NCBI GenBank assembly: GCA_038245295.1
Contig: JBBRSP010000001.1
Span: 59,486 to 123,485 of the forward strand
DNA from: Candidatus Binatia bacterium
GTDB taxonomy: Bacteria; Desulfobacterota; Binatia; HRBIN30
Direction: 5' to 3'
DNA: 64,000 nt
Shown: positions 29,069 through 40,243 of the stretch, piece by piece
Numbering within the stretch: the first letter of the stretch is position 1
Layout of the letters: the number at the start of each line of letters is the position of its first letter
Made by a program: the position numbers and the translations under genes
Notes under the pieces: generated by a model
What the model was told of the DNA's origin: nothing
Database searches by the model: none
What the model saw: only the letters and a program-made list of their open reading frames with translations

Positions 29069-29794
29069 TCACTCCTTCGCGACGCGGATTGCTTCTGCCA
29101 GGTTCACGGCGCCGGTGTAGATGGCGCGCCCGACGATCACGGCGTCAAGGTTAGCGACCCCGGCGTCGCGCACGGCTCTGATATCCGCCAACGAACCGAC
29201 GCCGCCCGAGGCGGTGACGGGAATCTTGACGGCACGCGCCAGATCGGCGGTGGCGCTGACGTTGACGCCTTGCTGTGTGCCGTCACGGCTGATGTCGGTG
29301 TAGATGATGCGGCGCGCGCCCCATTGTTCGACACGCGAGGCTAGATCGCGCGCCGAGACCGTGCTCGTTTCGACCCAGCCCTGCACGGCCACCATCCCAT
29401 CTCGAGCATCGATGCCGACGGCGATCCGGCCGGGGAAGCGACGACACGCGTCTTCGACAATCTTGGGCTGTGACAACGCCGAGGTACCGTAGATGACGCA
29501 GTCGACGCCCATGTCGATGAGCTCGGCGGCGCGTTCCACCGTGCGCACTCCGCCGCCAACTTCGATCGGCATGGTCAGGTGTTTGCACAAGCCGGCGATG
29601 GCGGCAGCGTTCACCGGTGTGCCGCTTACGGCGCCGTCGAGATCAACGACATGCAGATACTCCGCGCCCTCCGAGGCCCAGCGTTGGCCCATGGCAACCG
29701 GATCGTCGCCATAAATGGTCGCCGCATCCATTTCGCCACGCAACAAGCGCACACATTTGCCGCCCTTCAGATCAATCGCTGGAACGATCAGCAT
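29069..29794 (-). CDS. hisA: ProFAR isomerase HisA.
   Basis: [17 protein letters not shown]… is the canonical HisA start. Confidence 0.9.
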   Translation of the reverse strand: MLIVPAIDLKGGKCVRLLRGEMDAATIYGDDPVAMGQRWASEGAEYLHVVDLDGAVSGTPVNAAAIAGLCKHLTMPIEVGGGVRTVERAAELIDMGVDCVIYGTSALSQPKIVEDACRRFPGRIAVGIDARDGMVAVQGWVETSTVSARDLASRVEQWGARRIIYTDISRDGTQQGVNVSATADLARAVKIPVTASGGVGSLADIRAVRDAGVANLDAVIVGRAIYTGAVNLAEAIRVAKE

Positions 29795-29803
29795 CCTCGT
29801 ACC

Positions 29804-30421
29804 TCAATGTTGCGCGACCAGCTTTCCGAAATTTGCCAGGATTTTGAGCCCGACCGCCTGGCTCTTCTCCGGGTGATACTGTGTGGCAAAAACGTTGTTG
29901 CGATACACCGCCGACGTGAACGGCGCGCCGTAATCGGTGCTGGTGGCGGTGAGCGTCTCGTCGCTCGGCTGCACATAGAAGGAGTGCACGAAATAGACGT
30001 AGGCTCCGTCGTCGATACCCTCGAGGTGCGGCACCGGCTGGGTTTTGCGGATCTGATTCCACCCCATGTGCGGCACTTGCAGACCGGGCTGGTCGCGAAA
30101 ACGAACGACGCGCCCGGGGAAGATGCCAAGACCCTTCACCGGACCGAACTCCTCGCTCTCTTCGAAAAGCAGCTGCATACCGAGGCAGATGCCGAGAAAC
30201 GGCGTGCCGCGATCGATCACATGCCGTACGGTGGCGATGAGGCCGTAGGTCTCCAGGTTGTTCATGCACGCGCCAAAGGCGCCGACTCCGGGCAGCACGA
30301 CACCGGCAGCCGCTTCGATCTCGGCCGGGTCGCGGCTGACGATCGCGTCGCAACCAACCCGTTCGAGGCCTTTCTGCACCGAGCGCAGATTGCCCATGCC
30401 GTAATCGATAATAGCGATCAT
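29804..30421 (-). CDS. hisH: Imidazole glycerol phosphate synthase glutamine amidotransferase subunit HisH.
   Basis: MIAIIDYGMGNLRSV… with a class I GATase Cys-His-Glu layout. Confidence 0.9.
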   Translation of the reverse strand: MIAIIDYGMGNLRSVQKGLERVGCDAIVSRDPAEIEAAAGVVLPGVGAFGACMNNLETYGLIATVRHVIDRGTPFLGICLGMQLLFEESEEFGPVKGLGIFPGRVVRFRDQPGLQVPHMGWNQIRKTQPVPHLEGIDDGAYVYFVHSFYVQPSDETLTATSTDYGAPFTSAVYRNNVFATQYHPEKSQAVGLKILANFGKLVAQH

Positions 30422-30457
30422 GTTGTCATCCGATGGATCAGTCGGATCCGACTGATC

Positions 30458-31111
30458 CTAGAGCTTGCCCTTTGTCGACAGCACGCCGTGCACGCGTGCA
30501 TCCACCTGCGTCGCCTGATCCATGCAGCGCGCGAACGCCTTGAAGGCCGCTTCGATGATGTGATGCGCGTTGCGGCCATGCATCTGGTTGAAGTGCAGGT
30601 TCATTGCGGCACTATTGGTCAAGGCCAGGAAGAAGTCGTGCACGAGCTCGGTGTCGAAGGTGCCGACGCGCGCCTGCTCGATCTTCAGGTTGTAGCCGAG
30701 GAATGGACGACCACTGAGGTCGACCACGGCATACACGAGTGCCTCGTCGAGAGGGCAGGCGGCATCGCCGAAGCGGCGTATGCCGGCTTTGTCTCCGAGA
30801 GCATCGCGCAGCGCTTCGCCAAGGGTTAGCCCGACGTCTTCCACCGTGTGGTGTTGATCGACGGCCAAATCACCAGTGGCTTTGATGCTCAGATCGAAGA
30901 AGCCGTGGCGCGCAAATGCATCGAGCATGTGGTCGAGGAAGGGGATGCCGGTGTCGATCGCTATGCGACCACTGCCATCGAGCTTGAGCTCGACCGTGAT
31001 CTCCGTCTCCTTGGTTGAGCGGACCACCTTGGCGCTGCGCCCCTTTTCGCGCGGGCGTACCGCGACCGGCGGCCGTGCCGCGGATCGTGTCGTAGTCTTC
31101 ACGCGTGCCAT
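30458..31111 (-). CDS. hisB: Imidazoleglycerol-phosphate dehydratase HisB.
   Basis: VRSTKETEITVELKLDGSG… is an IGPD motif. The track's TTG start at 31132 translates what is really the RBS, so the gene is trimmed to the ATG at 31111 (MARVK). Confidence 0.85.
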   Translation of the reverse strand: MARVKTTTRSAARPPVAVRPREKGRSAKVVRSTKETEITVELKLDGSGRIAIDTGIPFLDHMLDAFARHGFFDLSIKATGDLAVDQHHTVEDVGLTLGEALRDALGDKAGIRRFGDAACPLDEALVYAVVDLSGRPFLGYNLKIEQARVGTFDTELVHDFFLALTNSAAMNLHFNQMHGRNAHHIIEAAFKAFARCMDQATQVDARVHGVLSTKGKL

Positions 31112-31119
31112 ACTTCGCG

Positions 31120-31129
31120 TCTCCTTCCT
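31120..31129 (-). promoter_or_regulatory. Shine-Dalgarno AGGAAGGAGA for hisB, in the 17-nt hisD-hisB spacer.
   Basis: Reverse complement of plus-strand TCTCCTTCCT, 8 nt upstream of the ATG at 31111. Confidence 0.6.
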
Positions 31130-32439
31130 CAACCTCGGGCGGCGGGGGCAAAACGCACTCGCACTGCCGCGGCGTGCGCGTCGTAGCCTTCGAGCCCAGC
31201 CAATGTCTCTACCGTTGGCGCCAATCGCTCAAGCCCTTTGCGCGTCGCCGTTACCACGCTCGTGCGTTTCAGGAAGTCGTAGGTCCCGAGCGGCGAGAAG
31301 AAGCGTGCCGTGCCGCCGGTCGGCAGGACGTGATTTGGCCCGGCCACATAGTCGCCGAGCGGCGCCGGGGAATACGGCCCGATGAAGATGGCTCCCGAGT
31401 TGCGCAGGCGCGGCGCCACCGCCTCGGCATTCTCCACCATCAGCTCCAGGTGCTCCGGGCCAACCTCGTCGGCTAGCACCACGGCCTCGTCGATGTCGCG
31501 TACGAGGACCAGTGCACCGCGATGCTTCAAGACGGCGGCGATATCCTTGCGGCGCGGCAGCAAGGCGAGCTGGCGCGCTAGTTCGGTCTGCACCGCGATC
31601 GCCAGCGGCCGCGAGGTCGTCAGCAACACGGCGCACTCGTCGCCGCTGCCGTGCTCCGCCTGGGCCAACAGGTCGGCGGCGACGAAACGAGGGTTGGCGG
31701 TGCGATCGGCGATCACCAGGACCTCGCTCGGGCCGGCGATCTTGTCGATGTCGACGACGCCGTAGACGATCTTCTTGGCGGCCTGTACCCAGGCATTGCC
31801 GGGGCCGACGATCTTGTCGACGGGCTGGATGGTCTTTGTTCCGAAGGCGAGGGCGGCGACGGCTTGGGCGCCGCCGATCTGGTACACCGCGTCGACTCCG
31901 GCAATGGCGGCGGCCGCGAGCACGGCGGGGTTGAACTCACCCTGACCGCGCGGTGACACCATGATGACTTCGTCGACGCCGGCAACCCGCGCCGGAATGG
32001 CGTTCATCAACACCGACGACGGATAGGCCGCATGGCCGCCGGGGACGTACAAGCCGACGCGCCGCAACGGCGAGATTTGCTGGCCGAGCTTCAGACCGAC
32101 GGGATCGCGATAACTCCACGAGCGCGTCAGCTGTTTCTTGTGATACGCGGCGATGCGTTTGGCGGCGAGGCGCAAGGCGCGCAGCGCCGCTGGGCTTGTC
32201 TGCTTCGTTGCCTCGGCGATCGCCGCGTCGCTGACGCGCAGGGTCTTGGGTGTCAGCTTGAGATGGTCGAAGCGCTGCGTCAGCTCGATGACGGCTTTGT
32301 CGCCGCGACGGCGTACGTCTTCGACGATGCGGCGCGCCTGATCATCGACGGCGGCGCTGCCTTGCGCGCCGCGGTCGCGAATCGAAGCAAACTGCCGCGA
32401 GAAATTCCTGTCCTGCGTGTTCAGTATCCGGATCAACAT
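31129..32439 (-). CDS. hisD: Histidinol dehydrogenase HisD.
   Basis: Trimmed to the ATG at 32439 ([13 protein letters not shown]…); the full-length HisD fold follows. The 43-aa N-terminal extension in the track ORF is Arg/Pro-rich GC-rich read-through, not coding sequence. Confidence 0.9.
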   Translation of the reverse strand: MLIRILNTQDRNFSRQFASIRDRGAQGSAAVDDQARRIVEDVRRRGDKAVIELTQRFDHLKLTPKTLRVSDAAIAEATKQTSPAALRALRLAAKRIAAYHKKQLTRSWSYRDPVGLKLGQQISPLRRVGLYVPGGHAAYPSSVLMNAIPARVAGVDEVIMVSPRGQGEFNPAVLAAAAIAGVDAVYQIGGAQAVAALAFGTKTIQPVDKIVGPGNAWVQAAKKIVYGVVDIDKIAGPSEVLVIADRTANPRFVAADLLAQAEHGSGDECAVLLTTSRPLAIAVQTELARQLALLPRRKDIAAVLKHRGALVLVRDIDEAVVLADEVGPEHLELMVENAEAVAPRLRNSGAIFIGPYSPAPLGDYVAGPNHVLPTGGTARFFSPLGTYDFLKRTSVVTATRKGLERLAPTVETLAGLEGYDAHAAAVRVRFAPAARG

Positions 32440-32443
32440 CTCA

Positions 32444-33706
32444 CTACCCTTTTCGTTCCTTGACCCGCCGGATGTCTGCCCCGAGGGCCGACAGCTTGGC
32501 CTCGATGCCGGCATAGCCGCGATCGAGATGATAGATGCGCGATACTTCGGTCGTGCCTTCGGCCGCAAGGCCGGCGATTACCAGGCAGACACTGGCGCGC
32601 AGGTCGGTGGCCATCACCGGAGCGCCGCTCAGGTTGGTAACCCCGCGCACGACGGCGGTGTTGCCCTGGATCTTGATGTCGGCGTTCATGCGACTGAGCT
32701 CCTGTACATGCATGAAGCGGTTTTCGAAGATGGTCTCGGTGACGACGGAGGTGCCGTTGGCGAGAGTCAATAACGCCATACTCTGGGCTTGCAGGTCGGT
32801 CGGGAAGCCAGGGTAGGGCATCGTCTTGATGTCGATGCTGCTCAGGCGGCGATTACCGGTGACCCGCACACCGTCTTGCCGTTCGTCGACGTCGGCGCCG
32901 GCCTCGCGTAGTTTCTCGATCAAGGCGTTGAGATGATCGGCGCGGGCACCGCGCACGAACACGTCGCCACCCGTCGCGGCCGCGGCGATCATGAACGTTC
33001 CCGCCTCGATGCGGTCCGGGCAGACCGTGAAATCGGTGCCATGCAGTTCCGCCACGCCTTCGATCGTGATCACCGCTTCGCCGGCACCGTGGATCTTTGC
33101 GCCCATCGAGATGAGCGCGTTGGCCAGGTCGACAACCTCGGGCTCACGGGCCGCTTGTTCGATGCGTGTAACGCCGTCCGCTAGGGCCGCCACCATCATG
33201 AGATGTTCGGTGGCGCCCACCGACGGAACCTCGAGGTAGATGGTCGCACCGTGCAGGCGTTCCGCCTCCGCCTCGGCATAGCCGTGCACGAGGCGCACCG
33301 TTGCGCCCATTTTCTGCAGCCCGTCGAGGTGCAGGTTGACCGGACGACTGCCGATCGCGCAGCCACCCGGTGTCGAAACTCGCGCTCTGCCGTGCCGCGC
33401 CAGCAAGGGGCCGAGGACGAGAAACGAGGCGCGCATCGTCTTGACGAGATCGTAGGTTGCCTCGAGGCGCGCCAAGCGATCGGCACAGATCTGCACGACG
33501 TCGCCGTCACGCTCGACGGTGGCGCCGAGATCCTGCAGCAGCCGCTGCGTTGTGCGCACGTCGACGACGTTCGGAACATTGCGAAAGGTGCAGGGCTCAC
33601 GCGTCAGCAGCGACGACAGGAGAATCGGCAGGGCGGCGTTTTTGGCGCCTTCGACGGTGACGTCGCCCATCAGGCGTTTGCCGCCACGAATTAGAATCTG
33701 GTCCAT
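32444..33706 (-). CDS. murA: UDP-N-acetylglucosamine 1-carboxyvinyltransferase MurA.
   Basis: [29 protein letters not shown]… with canonical MurA start and length. Confidence 0.9.
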   Translation of the reverse strand: MDQILIRGGKRLMGDVTVEGAKNAALPILLSSLLTREPCTFRNVPNVVDVRTTQRLLQDLGATVERDGDVVQICADRLARLEATYDLVKTMRASFLVLGPLLARHGRARVSTPGGCAIGSRPVNLHLDGLQKMGATVRLVHGYAEAEAERLHGATIYLEVPSVGATEHLMMVAALADGVTRIEQAAREPEVVDLANALISMGAKIHGAGEAVITIEGVAELHGTDFTVCPDRIEAGTFMIAAAATGGDVFVRGARADHLNALIEKLREAGADVDERQDGVRVTGNRRLSSIDIKTMPYPGFPTDLQAQSMALLTLANGTSVVTETIFENRFMHVQELSRMNADIKIQGNTAVVRGVTNLSGAPVMATDLRASVCLVIAGLAAEGTTEVSRIYHLDRGYAGIEAKLSALGADIRRVKERKG

Positions 33707-33709
33707 GTT

Positions 33710-34570
33710 CTACCAACGCGCCCGTAACAGCCGCGGCAGGCCGGCGTAATCCTTCACGACCGTAGCGTCTCGACAGCCTGCGTCATGTGCCAAAGCGAGG
33801 ACAGCTGGTTCCTGGTCGCAGCCGATCTCCATCAACAGCCAGCCGCCGGCCACGAGATACGATGGTGTCGCGGCGACCAGGCGACGAATGACGTCGAGAC
33901 CGTCGGCTCCACCATCGAGGGCGAGGCGCGGTTCGTACGACAGCTCCCGTTGGCCGCCATCGATCGCCGTCGACTCGACGTAGGGCGGGTTGCTGGCGAT
34001 GAGGGTGAAGCGCTGCCCGACAACCTCGTCGAACAGGTTGCCGCACGCGAATCGAATGCGATCGGAGACGCTGACGCGTTCGGCGTTGCGGCGCGCAACC
34101 GCGACGGCGGCCGGAGAGATGTCGCTTGCCGTCACTGCAACGCCGGGTAGCGCATCGGCCAGGGTAATGGCGATACAACCACTGCCGGTGCCGATATCGC
34201 AAAGCGACTCGATGCCGCCGAGCTCCAGTGCCTGTTCGATCAACAGCTCGGTTTCGGGGCGTGGGATGAGCACGTCCGGTGTGATCTCGAAATCGAGCGA
34301 CCAGAATTCCTGATGACCGCGCAAGTATTGCAGCGGCACGCCTTGCGCGCGCTTCTCGAGGAGGGCCTCGAAGCGACGGTGGTCGGCTGGGGTGATGGGC
34401 GAGGTGAGTCGCACATGCATGGCGCTGCGATCGAGGCTGCAGCTTTCGGCGAGCAGCAGCTCGGCGTCGAACCGCGGGTTGTCGACACCGACCTCGGCGA
34501 GGCGTTGCGTCGCCGTGTCGAGCACGGTGGACAGTGTCGTCGCGGCTTCGTTTGTCGACGGGGTCTGCAT
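33710..34570 (-). CDS. prmC: Release-factor glutamine N5-methyltransferase PrmC/HemK.
   Basis: NPPYV catalytic motif and DIGTGSGCIA SAM motif; located directly downstream of prfA. Confidence 0.85.
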   Translation of the reverse strand: MQTPSTNEAATTLSTVLDTATQRLAEVGVDNPRFDAELLLAESCSLDRSAMHVRLTSPITPADHRRFEALLEKRAQGVPLQYLRGHQEFWSLDFEITPDVLIPRPETELLIEQALELGGIESLCDIGTGSGCIAITLADALPGVAVTASDISPAAVAVARRNAERVSVSDRIRFACGNLFDEVVGQRFTLIASNPPYVESTAIDGGQRELSYEPRLALDGGADGLDVIRRLVAATPSYLVAGGWLLMEIGCDQEPAVLALAHDAGCRDATVVKDYAGLPRLLRARW

Positions 34571-35637
34571 CAGTCCGCCGACTTGAGTGCCTCGGCCTGA
34601 TAGTGGGTGTTGAGTGCGTCGATCACCGGCTCGAGCTCGCCCTCGACGACGCGATCGAGCGAGTAGATGGTCAAATTGATGCGGTGGTCGGTCAGGCGAC
34701 CCTGCGGGAAGTTGTAGGTACGGATACGTTCCGAACGATCGCCGGTGCCGACCATGCTGCGGCGATTCTCGGCCACCTCGGCATGTTGCGCCGCTTGTGC
34801 CTGTTCGAGAAGGCGCGAGCGCAGGATCTTCAGGGCTTTGTGTTTGTTCTTCAACTGCGACTTCTCGTCCTGGCAGCTGACCACGAGGCCGGTCGGCAAG
34901 TGGGTGATCCGCACGGCCGAGTCGGTCGTGTTGACGCTCTGGCCGCCGGGCCCGGACGAACGGAACACATCGATGCGCAGTTCCTTGACCTCATCGATCT
35001 GCACTTCGACGTCGTCGGCTTCGGGAAGCACGGCGACGGTGACCGTCGACGTATGGATGCGGCCGGAGGCTTCGGTGACCGGCACCCGTTGCACGCGGTG
35101 CACGCCGCCTTCGAACTTCAGGCGGCTGTAGGCGCCCTGGCCGGCGATCAACGCGATCACTTCTTTGTAGCCGCCGAGTCCGGTCGGACTGGCGCTCATC
35201 ATCTCGACGCGCCAGCCGCGGTTCTCGGCGTAGCGGCTGTACATGCGGAACAACACGCCGGCAAACAGGCTTGCCTCGTCGCCACCGGCGCCGGCGCGAA
35301 TTTCCAAGATGATGTTGCGATCGTCGTTCGGGTCTTTGGGCAGGAGTAGGCGCTTCAGCTCGACATCGAGCGCCTCGAGCTGCTCGCGCATGCCAGGTAG
35401 CTCCGCTTTGGCGAGCTCGCGGATCTCGGCGTCGCCCGCGTCGAGAAGCTCCTTGAGGCCGTCGATCTCAGCCGAGAGCTTTTTCCAATCGCGATAACGC
35501 GCCACGATCGCTTCGAGATCGGCGCGTTCCTTGGCGAGTTTGGCGAAATCTTTCCGGTTGCCGAGCAACGACGGATCGGAGAGGGCCGCTTCCAACTCCG
35601 TGTAGCGGTGCTCGACATCTTCCAGCTTGTTCAGCAC
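34570..35637 (-). CDS. prfA: Peptide chain release factor 1.
   Basis: GGQ motif ([24 protein letters not shown]) and colinearity with E. coli RF1. The start is moved to the GTG at 35637 (VLNKLED…), preceded by GGAG, which aligns with the RF1 N-terminus. Confidence 0.85.
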   Translation of the reverse strand: MLNKLEDVEHRYTELEAALSDPSLLGNRKDFAKLAKERADLEAIVARYRDWKKLSAEIDGLKELLDAGDAEIRELAKAELPGMREQLEALDVELKRLLLPKDPNDDRNIILEIRAGAGGDEASLFAGVLFRMYSRYAENRGWRVEMMSASPTGLGGYKEVIALIAGQGAYSRLKFEGGVHRVQRVPVTEASGRIHTSTVTVAVLPEADDVEVQIDEVKELRIDVFRSSGPGGQSVNTTDSAVRITHLPTGLVVSCQDEKSQLKNKHKALKILRSRLLEQAQAAQHAEVAENRRSMVGTGDRSERIRTYNFPQGRLTDHRINLTIYSLDRVVEGELEPVIDALNTHYQAEALKSAD

Positions 35638-35778
35638 GGCAGGACCGCTCCCAGTTCCACACGCCGCACGCCGCAATCGCCCGGTCGCGCCGGGATCCGG
35701 ACAAAAGAAAAGGGCGCGGGAGGTTTACTCCCTCGCCCTCCTCGATCGGACCCATAACCGACCGCAATCGTGCGGCGG

Positions 35779-36012
35779 CTAGTTCTCGGTGACAGGCTCG
35801 GCAGCCGGGGCAGTGCCTGTCTTGTACTTGCGATTGAAGCGCTCCACACGCCCCGCTTGGTCCATGAGCTTTTGCTTGCCGGTGTAGAACGGATGGCAAT
35901 TTGAGCAGATTTCAACATGGATCTCAGGCAGCGTCGAACGCGTCTCAATCGTGTGGCCGCAGGCGCAAATGATCCTGCTGGCGACGTAATTGGGGTGTAT
36001 ACCTTCTTTCAT
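35779..36012 (-). CDS. rpmE: 50S ribosomal protein L31.
   Basis: [10 protein letters not shown]…CACGH…[10 protein letters not shown] (Zn-ribbon L31), with a short C-terminal extension. Confidence 0.85.
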   Translation of the reverse strand: MKEGIHPNYVASRIICACGHTIETRSTLPEIHVEICSNCHPFYTGKQKLMDQAGRVERFNRKYKTGTAPAAEPVTEN

Positions 36013-36131
36013 AAGCTTCAACTCCAATCGGGAGCGCAGCGGTTAGCAGCGGCTATCGGTTCTCGCAACCCACTGCGGGTTCTACGATCGAGGACTGCAG
36101 GGACTGCACGGGCTTCAACGACTGTAACGAC

Positions 36132-37616
36132 TCAGGATCCGAGAGAGCGGACTGCCGCTACGGCGCGGCGCCAGCCCTGATAGAGCGATTCGCGTTGCTC
36201 GGGGCGCATCTTGGGGCGGAAAACGCGCTCGGAGCGGCGCACGCGATTGAGCTCGCGCTCGGTTTTCCAGATGCCGGCCCCGAGGCCCGCGAGCAGGGCG
36301 GCGCCGAGGGCGGTGGTTTCGATGACGTGTGGGCGATCCACCGTCGTGTTGAGCAGATCAGCCTGGAATTGCATGAGAAAGTCGTTGGCGACCGCGCCGC
36401 CGTCGACTCGCAGGCCGGTGAGTGGTCGGCCCGACTCGGCGACCATGGTGTCGACCAGGTCGCGGGTCTGGTAGGCCATCGACTCGAGCGTCGCACGCAC
36501 GACGTGGGCTCGTTCGACGCCGCGGGTCAGGCCGACGAGGGCACCGCGTGCCGCCGGATCCCAGTAGGGGGCGCCGAGACCGACGAAGGCGGGGACGAGG
36601 TAGACGCCGAGTGTGGAATCAACCTGGCGCGCCAGCGCCTCGGTCTCCTTGGCGTGTTTGATCAACCCAAGGGCATCGCGCAGCCACTGTACCGCCGCAC
36701 CGGCAACGAACACCGAACCCTCGACGGCATAGGCGGGTTGGCCTTTGACATCGCATGCCATCGTCGTGAGAAGGCCGCGCCGCGACTCGACAGCGTGTTC
36801 GCCGGTGAACATCAGCATGAAGCAGCCGGTCCCGTAGGTATTTTTCACCATGCCCGGGTGGAAGCAGGCTTGTCCGAAGAGGGCGGCTTGCTGATCTCCC
36901 GCGATGCCCGCGATCGGCACTTCGGCGCCGAAGGCGGCGCGGTCGGTGATCCCGGCGATGCCGGCGGAGGGAACGACCTGCGGCAACAGGCTAGCGGGAA
37001 TATCGAGCAGCTTCAGCAAGTCGGTGTCCCACTGCTTGGTGTGGATGTTGAAGAGCATCGTGCGCGAGGCGTTCGTGTAGTCGGTGGCGTGTAACTGGCC
37101 ATTGGTGAGCTTCCACATCAACCATGTGTCGATGGTGCCGAAGGCCAAGCGATCAGCACGTTGTCGCGCCCCCTTCACGTTGTCGAGCAGCCACTGCAGC
37201 TTGGTTCCCGAGAAGTAGGGGTCGGTGACCAAACCCGTCTTGGTGCGAATGACGCTCTCGTGCCCCTGGGCGCGCAGACGCTCGCAGGCCGGTGCCGTGC
37301 GACGATCTTGCCAGACGATGGCGCGGTGCACCGGTTTGCCGGTTTTACGATCCCACAACACAGTCGTCTCGCGTTGGTTGGTGATGCCGATGGCGGAAAT
37401 GTCGCCTGCCTTGAGTTTGGCGGAGCGCAGCGCCGTAGCGATACACTTCTTGGTGACCGTCCAGATTTCCTCGGGGTCATGTTCGACCCAGCCGGGTTTC
37501 GGGTAGTACTGTTTGAACTCCGAGTAGCCGCGTCCTCGCAGCTTCCCCGTCGCGTCGAAGATCATCACGGTCGAGCCCGTGGTTCCCTGATCGATTGCCA
37601 GCACGTACGCTTTCAT
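36132..37616 (-). CDS. glpK: Glycerol kinase.
   Basis: [17 protein letters not shown]…; full-length FGGY kinase. Confidence 0.9.
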   Translation of the reverse strand: MKAYVLAIDQGTTGSTVMIFDATGKLRGRGYSEFKQYYPKPGWVEHDPEEIWTVTKKCIATALRSAKLKAGDISAIGITNQRETTVLWDRKTGKPVHRAIVWQDRRTAPACERLRAQGHESVIRTKTGLVTDPYFSGTKLQWLLDNVKGARQRADRLAFGTIDTWLMWKLTNGQLHATDYTNASRTMLFNIHTKQWDTDLLKLLDIPASLLPQVVPSAGIAGITDRAAFGAEVPIAGIAGDQQAALFGQACFHPGMVKNTYGTGCFMLMFTGEHAVESRRGLLTTMACDVKGQPAYAVEGSVFVAGAAVQWLRDALGLIKHAKETEALARQVDSTLGVYLVPAFVGLGAPYWDPAARGALVGLTRGVERAHVVRATLESMAYQTRDLVDTMVAESGRPLTGLRVDGGAVANDFLMQFQADLLNTTVDRPHVIETTALGAALLAGLGAGIWKTERELNRVRRSERVFRPKMRPEQRESLYQGWRRAVAAVRSLGS

Positions 37617-37691
37617 GGTGGCGGTTCATCGCACAACCGCCGCCCGGCGGGCAATCGGCCCGGGGCGTCTCGGAAGTGAATCGGGAGCATG

Positions 37692-37847
37692 TCACGTCCC
37701 GAGGAGTAGGGCTTGCAACAGTTGCGCCCATTCTTGCCAGGCGCGGCTCCACATCGACCAGTGCAGCACCGCGTAGACGGCGGCAGCGGCGATGCTGAAC
37801 CAAACGAAGACAACAGGGACTGCATGATCGGGAGAGGCGCGCTTCAT
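37692..37847 (-). CDS. Unannotated 51-aa single-TM small protein, translationally coupled to the upstream GT-C gene.
   Basis: Not in the ORF track (below 60 aa). ATG at 37847-37845 overlaps the TGA stop (37846-37844) of the 745-aa membrane protein as ATGA. Translation: MKRASPDHAVPVVFVWFSIAAAAVYAVLHWSMWSRAWQEWAQLLQALLLGT. Confidence 0.3.
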   Translation of the reverse strand: MKRASPDHAVPVVFVWFSIAAAAVYAVLHWSMWSRAWQEWAQLLQALLLGT

Positions 37848-40081
37848 GGCCGGACGACCTCATAGATTTGCATTAGCCCCTGGCCGCCCCCGAATTCGGA
37901 GGCTTGCGCCACGGGTCGAAAATGCGCCGCGTCATCCTCCATCCACAGGCACTCGATTGGCCACCCGAGGTACTGCCAGTTGCCCGATAGAACCGTCGCT
38001 TTTCCGTCAGGTTCAATGATCTCTATGGAGGTCACGTCGAGGAAAGCTTCCGCGTACAGGACGCGTGTGTCGACGGGGCGCATGAGCAGTTCCAGGCTGT
38101 GCACTTCGCCCGTCCATGGGACCGTAAATTCGCCGCCCTCATCTCTTGGTAGGACGAAGGCTTGCGTGAAGTGGTTTACGCCCAGGATTGCCATGGACGG
38201 CGCCCGCGTTTGGTAGCGTAGCCGGATCCCTTTGACTTGCTGCGCTGGGAGCGGGTGCACGACCGTGATGTATTCGTCGCTGGTGATCGTCACGTCCATC
38301 GCCAGGCGGATTCCTGCACCTCGATTCGTGATCTTAGAATGTGGACCGCGCATTTCACCGACGGCGACGTTCTGGATGTTTTCCCGCGCTACCCGGTCGA
38401 GCCACGCCGTGCGCGTGCTGGCCGGCAGGAAATGGAGCCGATGCTGATACGCGGCGCCGAGCATTGGGTAGGCAAAGGCCAGATGGGCGACGGCGATCTG
38501 ACGGCCGTCGGTGAGGTCGTCGAGGTACTTCCAGGCGCCGCGAAAATCCTGCGTGCCGAGGTCGCCCATGGCGCCAAAACGGCCCAGGGAGGTTTCGCCG
38601 GAATACACGCCACGCCAACCATTCAGGGCTGCCGACGGGGAGCGGAAGGTAGTGACGCGCGGCAGCGACGCGAAGACGCTGGCGACACAGGACAGCGCCG
38701 CCAGTCGGATCAACCACACGGCGCGTTGGCTGTTGCTGATCATCCAACCGGCGGCGGCGTAGGCTACCGGCAAGCCCGGCAATACGTAGCGCATGAAGGA
38801 GTGGAGTTCGGTCGAGACGTCGAGGAACCAAAACCCGTAAAGGGCCAAAGGGAGCAAGGCGAGGGCCGATAGGTCGTGGCGCTGCCGGCGCCAGGCGTGT
38901 CTGGTGAGTGCCAAGCAGGCGGGGATCCCGAGTGCGGCGAACTGCATGCCGGCACCCGTCTCGTAGTTGTAGAGAAAGTATGGCGGGTAGATGCTGCAAT
39001 CGAACAGCGGCCACCAGGGAAAGTAGGTGAGGACGTTCGACCAGACGATCGGGTCGCCGCCACGTGCGGTGATCGGGAACAGGGCTGATCCGGTCACCCA
39101 GGCATTGCGGGCGAACCAATAGCCGGAGAACAGCAACGTGGCGGTGATCAGAGCCGCCGCTGCGGCGACGTAGGTGCGACGACGATCAGACGCTGCGGTT
39201 GCCTCGGCGTGGTGGATTGCCAGCGCCATCCAGAGGACACCCATGGGAAGGCTGGCGAGGGCGGTGAGCTTTACTCCCGGCGTGAGACCCCAGGCGATGC
39301 CACCGAGGCAAAGCCCCGCCGTGGTGAGCGGCGGCATGATAAACACCAGGCCAGCGGCGAACAGGAACGCCGAAGTGACGTCGACGAGCGCGGTCTGCGA
39401 CTGGTTGATGACGATCGGTGTCGTCAAGAACAACAAACCCGCCCAGCCCGCGCCGCGGGTTGTTGCACCCAGTTGTCGTGCCAACACGAATGCCGCGACG
39501 GAGGCGGCGAACGCGAAGGGCAACTGGGAGAGATCGACGATGACGCCGTTTCCAAACGGCTGAATCCACCATTGGTCGAGCAAATAGGCATTGCCCGGGA
39601 AATAGGCCCACAGGTCGGCGCGCCAGTAGAGGCCCAGATCCGGGATGACGATGCGACCTTCGCGTGCATACGCCGCTGCCAGCGGCAGGTGGTACATCAG
39701 GCTGTCGCCGGCGGACGGTTCGAAGAAAATGCCGACCAACACGACGTAGCCGTAGGCGACAGCACAGGTGGCGAGGACGAGGCGTTGTACTGTCTCCATG
39801 CGTCGCAGAGCCTTGCCCGGACACAGCATGGCGGCGACGGATCGCCAACGCGCAAACGGCGCGACCGCCGCCGCCAAGATCGCCTGACTTGCCAACAGCG
39901 GCGCGAAGCGCAGGTGGCCGGTAACGCCGAGGATGGTCGCCGAGAGAACCGCCACGGCGACGTACAGCACACTGGCCGCCAGCCATTGTTCGGCCAAGCC
40001 GCGCCGTTGCAAGCGCGAGGTCAAGCCGAGCGCCACGAGAAGAGTGGCGCCGTTTAGAAGCAGGAAGTTAAGAAGACCCAC
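37844..40081 (-). CDS. Large polytopic membrane protein, putatively a GT-C type glycosyltransferase, with a C-terminal soluble domain.
   Basis: 745 aa. Roughly the first 500 aa form many TM helices; a ~240-aa soluble C-terminus follows. No strict DE motif (GDSLMYHLPLAAAYA in loop 1). GTG start. Confidence 0.45.
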   Translation of the reverse strand: MGLLNFLLLNGATLLVALGLTSRLQRRGLAEQWLAASVLYVAVAVLSATILGVTGHLRFAPLLASQAILAAAVAPFARWRSVAAMLCPGKALRRMETVQRLVLATCAVAYGYVVLVGIFFEPSAGDSLMYHLPLAAAYAREGRIVIPDLGLYWRADLWAYFPGNAYLLDQWWIQPFGNGVIVDLSQLPFAFAASVAAFVLARQLGATTRGAGWAGLLFLTTPIVINQSQTALVDVTSAFLFAAGLVFIMPPLTTAGLCLGGIAWGLTPGVKLTALASLPMGVLWMALAIHHAEATAASDRRRTYVAAAAALITATLLFSGYWFARNAWVTGSALFPITARGGDPIVWSNVLTYFPWWPLFDCSIYPPYFLYNYETGAGMQFAALGIPACLALTRHAWRRQRHDLSALALLPLALYGFWFLDVSTELHSFMRYVLPGLPVAYAAAGWMISNSQRAVWLIRLAALSCVASVFASLPRVTTFRSPSAALNGWRGVYSGETSLGRFGAMGDLGTQDFRGAWKYLDDLTDGRQIAVAHLAFAYPMLGAAYQHRLHFLPASTRTAWLDRVARENIQNVAVGEMRGPHSKITNRGAGIRLAMDVTITSDEYITVVHPLPAQQVKGIRLRYQTRAPSMAILGVNHFTQAFVLPRDEGGEFTVPWTGEVHSLELLMRPVDTRVLYAEAFLDVTSIEIIEPDGKATVLSGNWQYLGWPIECLWMEDDAAHFRPVAQASEFGGGQGLMQIYEVVRP

Positions 40082-40243
40082 GGCTAGTCTCTGGAACGTG
40101 CGGCGCTATTCGTGGGACTTAGTGTCGCGGTGCCACGCATCTCGGTCGCGTCTCATGACATAAGAGACGCGCAGAATGAACCGTCCGGGCAAGTTCAGGA
40201 TCGTTACTTGTTCGTGGCAACAGCCGCCACTATACGACGACAA

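Noticed and set aside
31129-32568. The long N-terminal extensions in the track ORFs for hisD, hisB, gcvT, usp, moaC, LLM, the DUF2064 glycosyltransferase and the cupin gene.
   Set aside because: The extensions are Arg/Pro/His-rich with no homology. In each case the internal ATG aligns with the family N-terminus and is preceded by an RBS or forms a coupled overlap, so the trimmed starts are reported instead.
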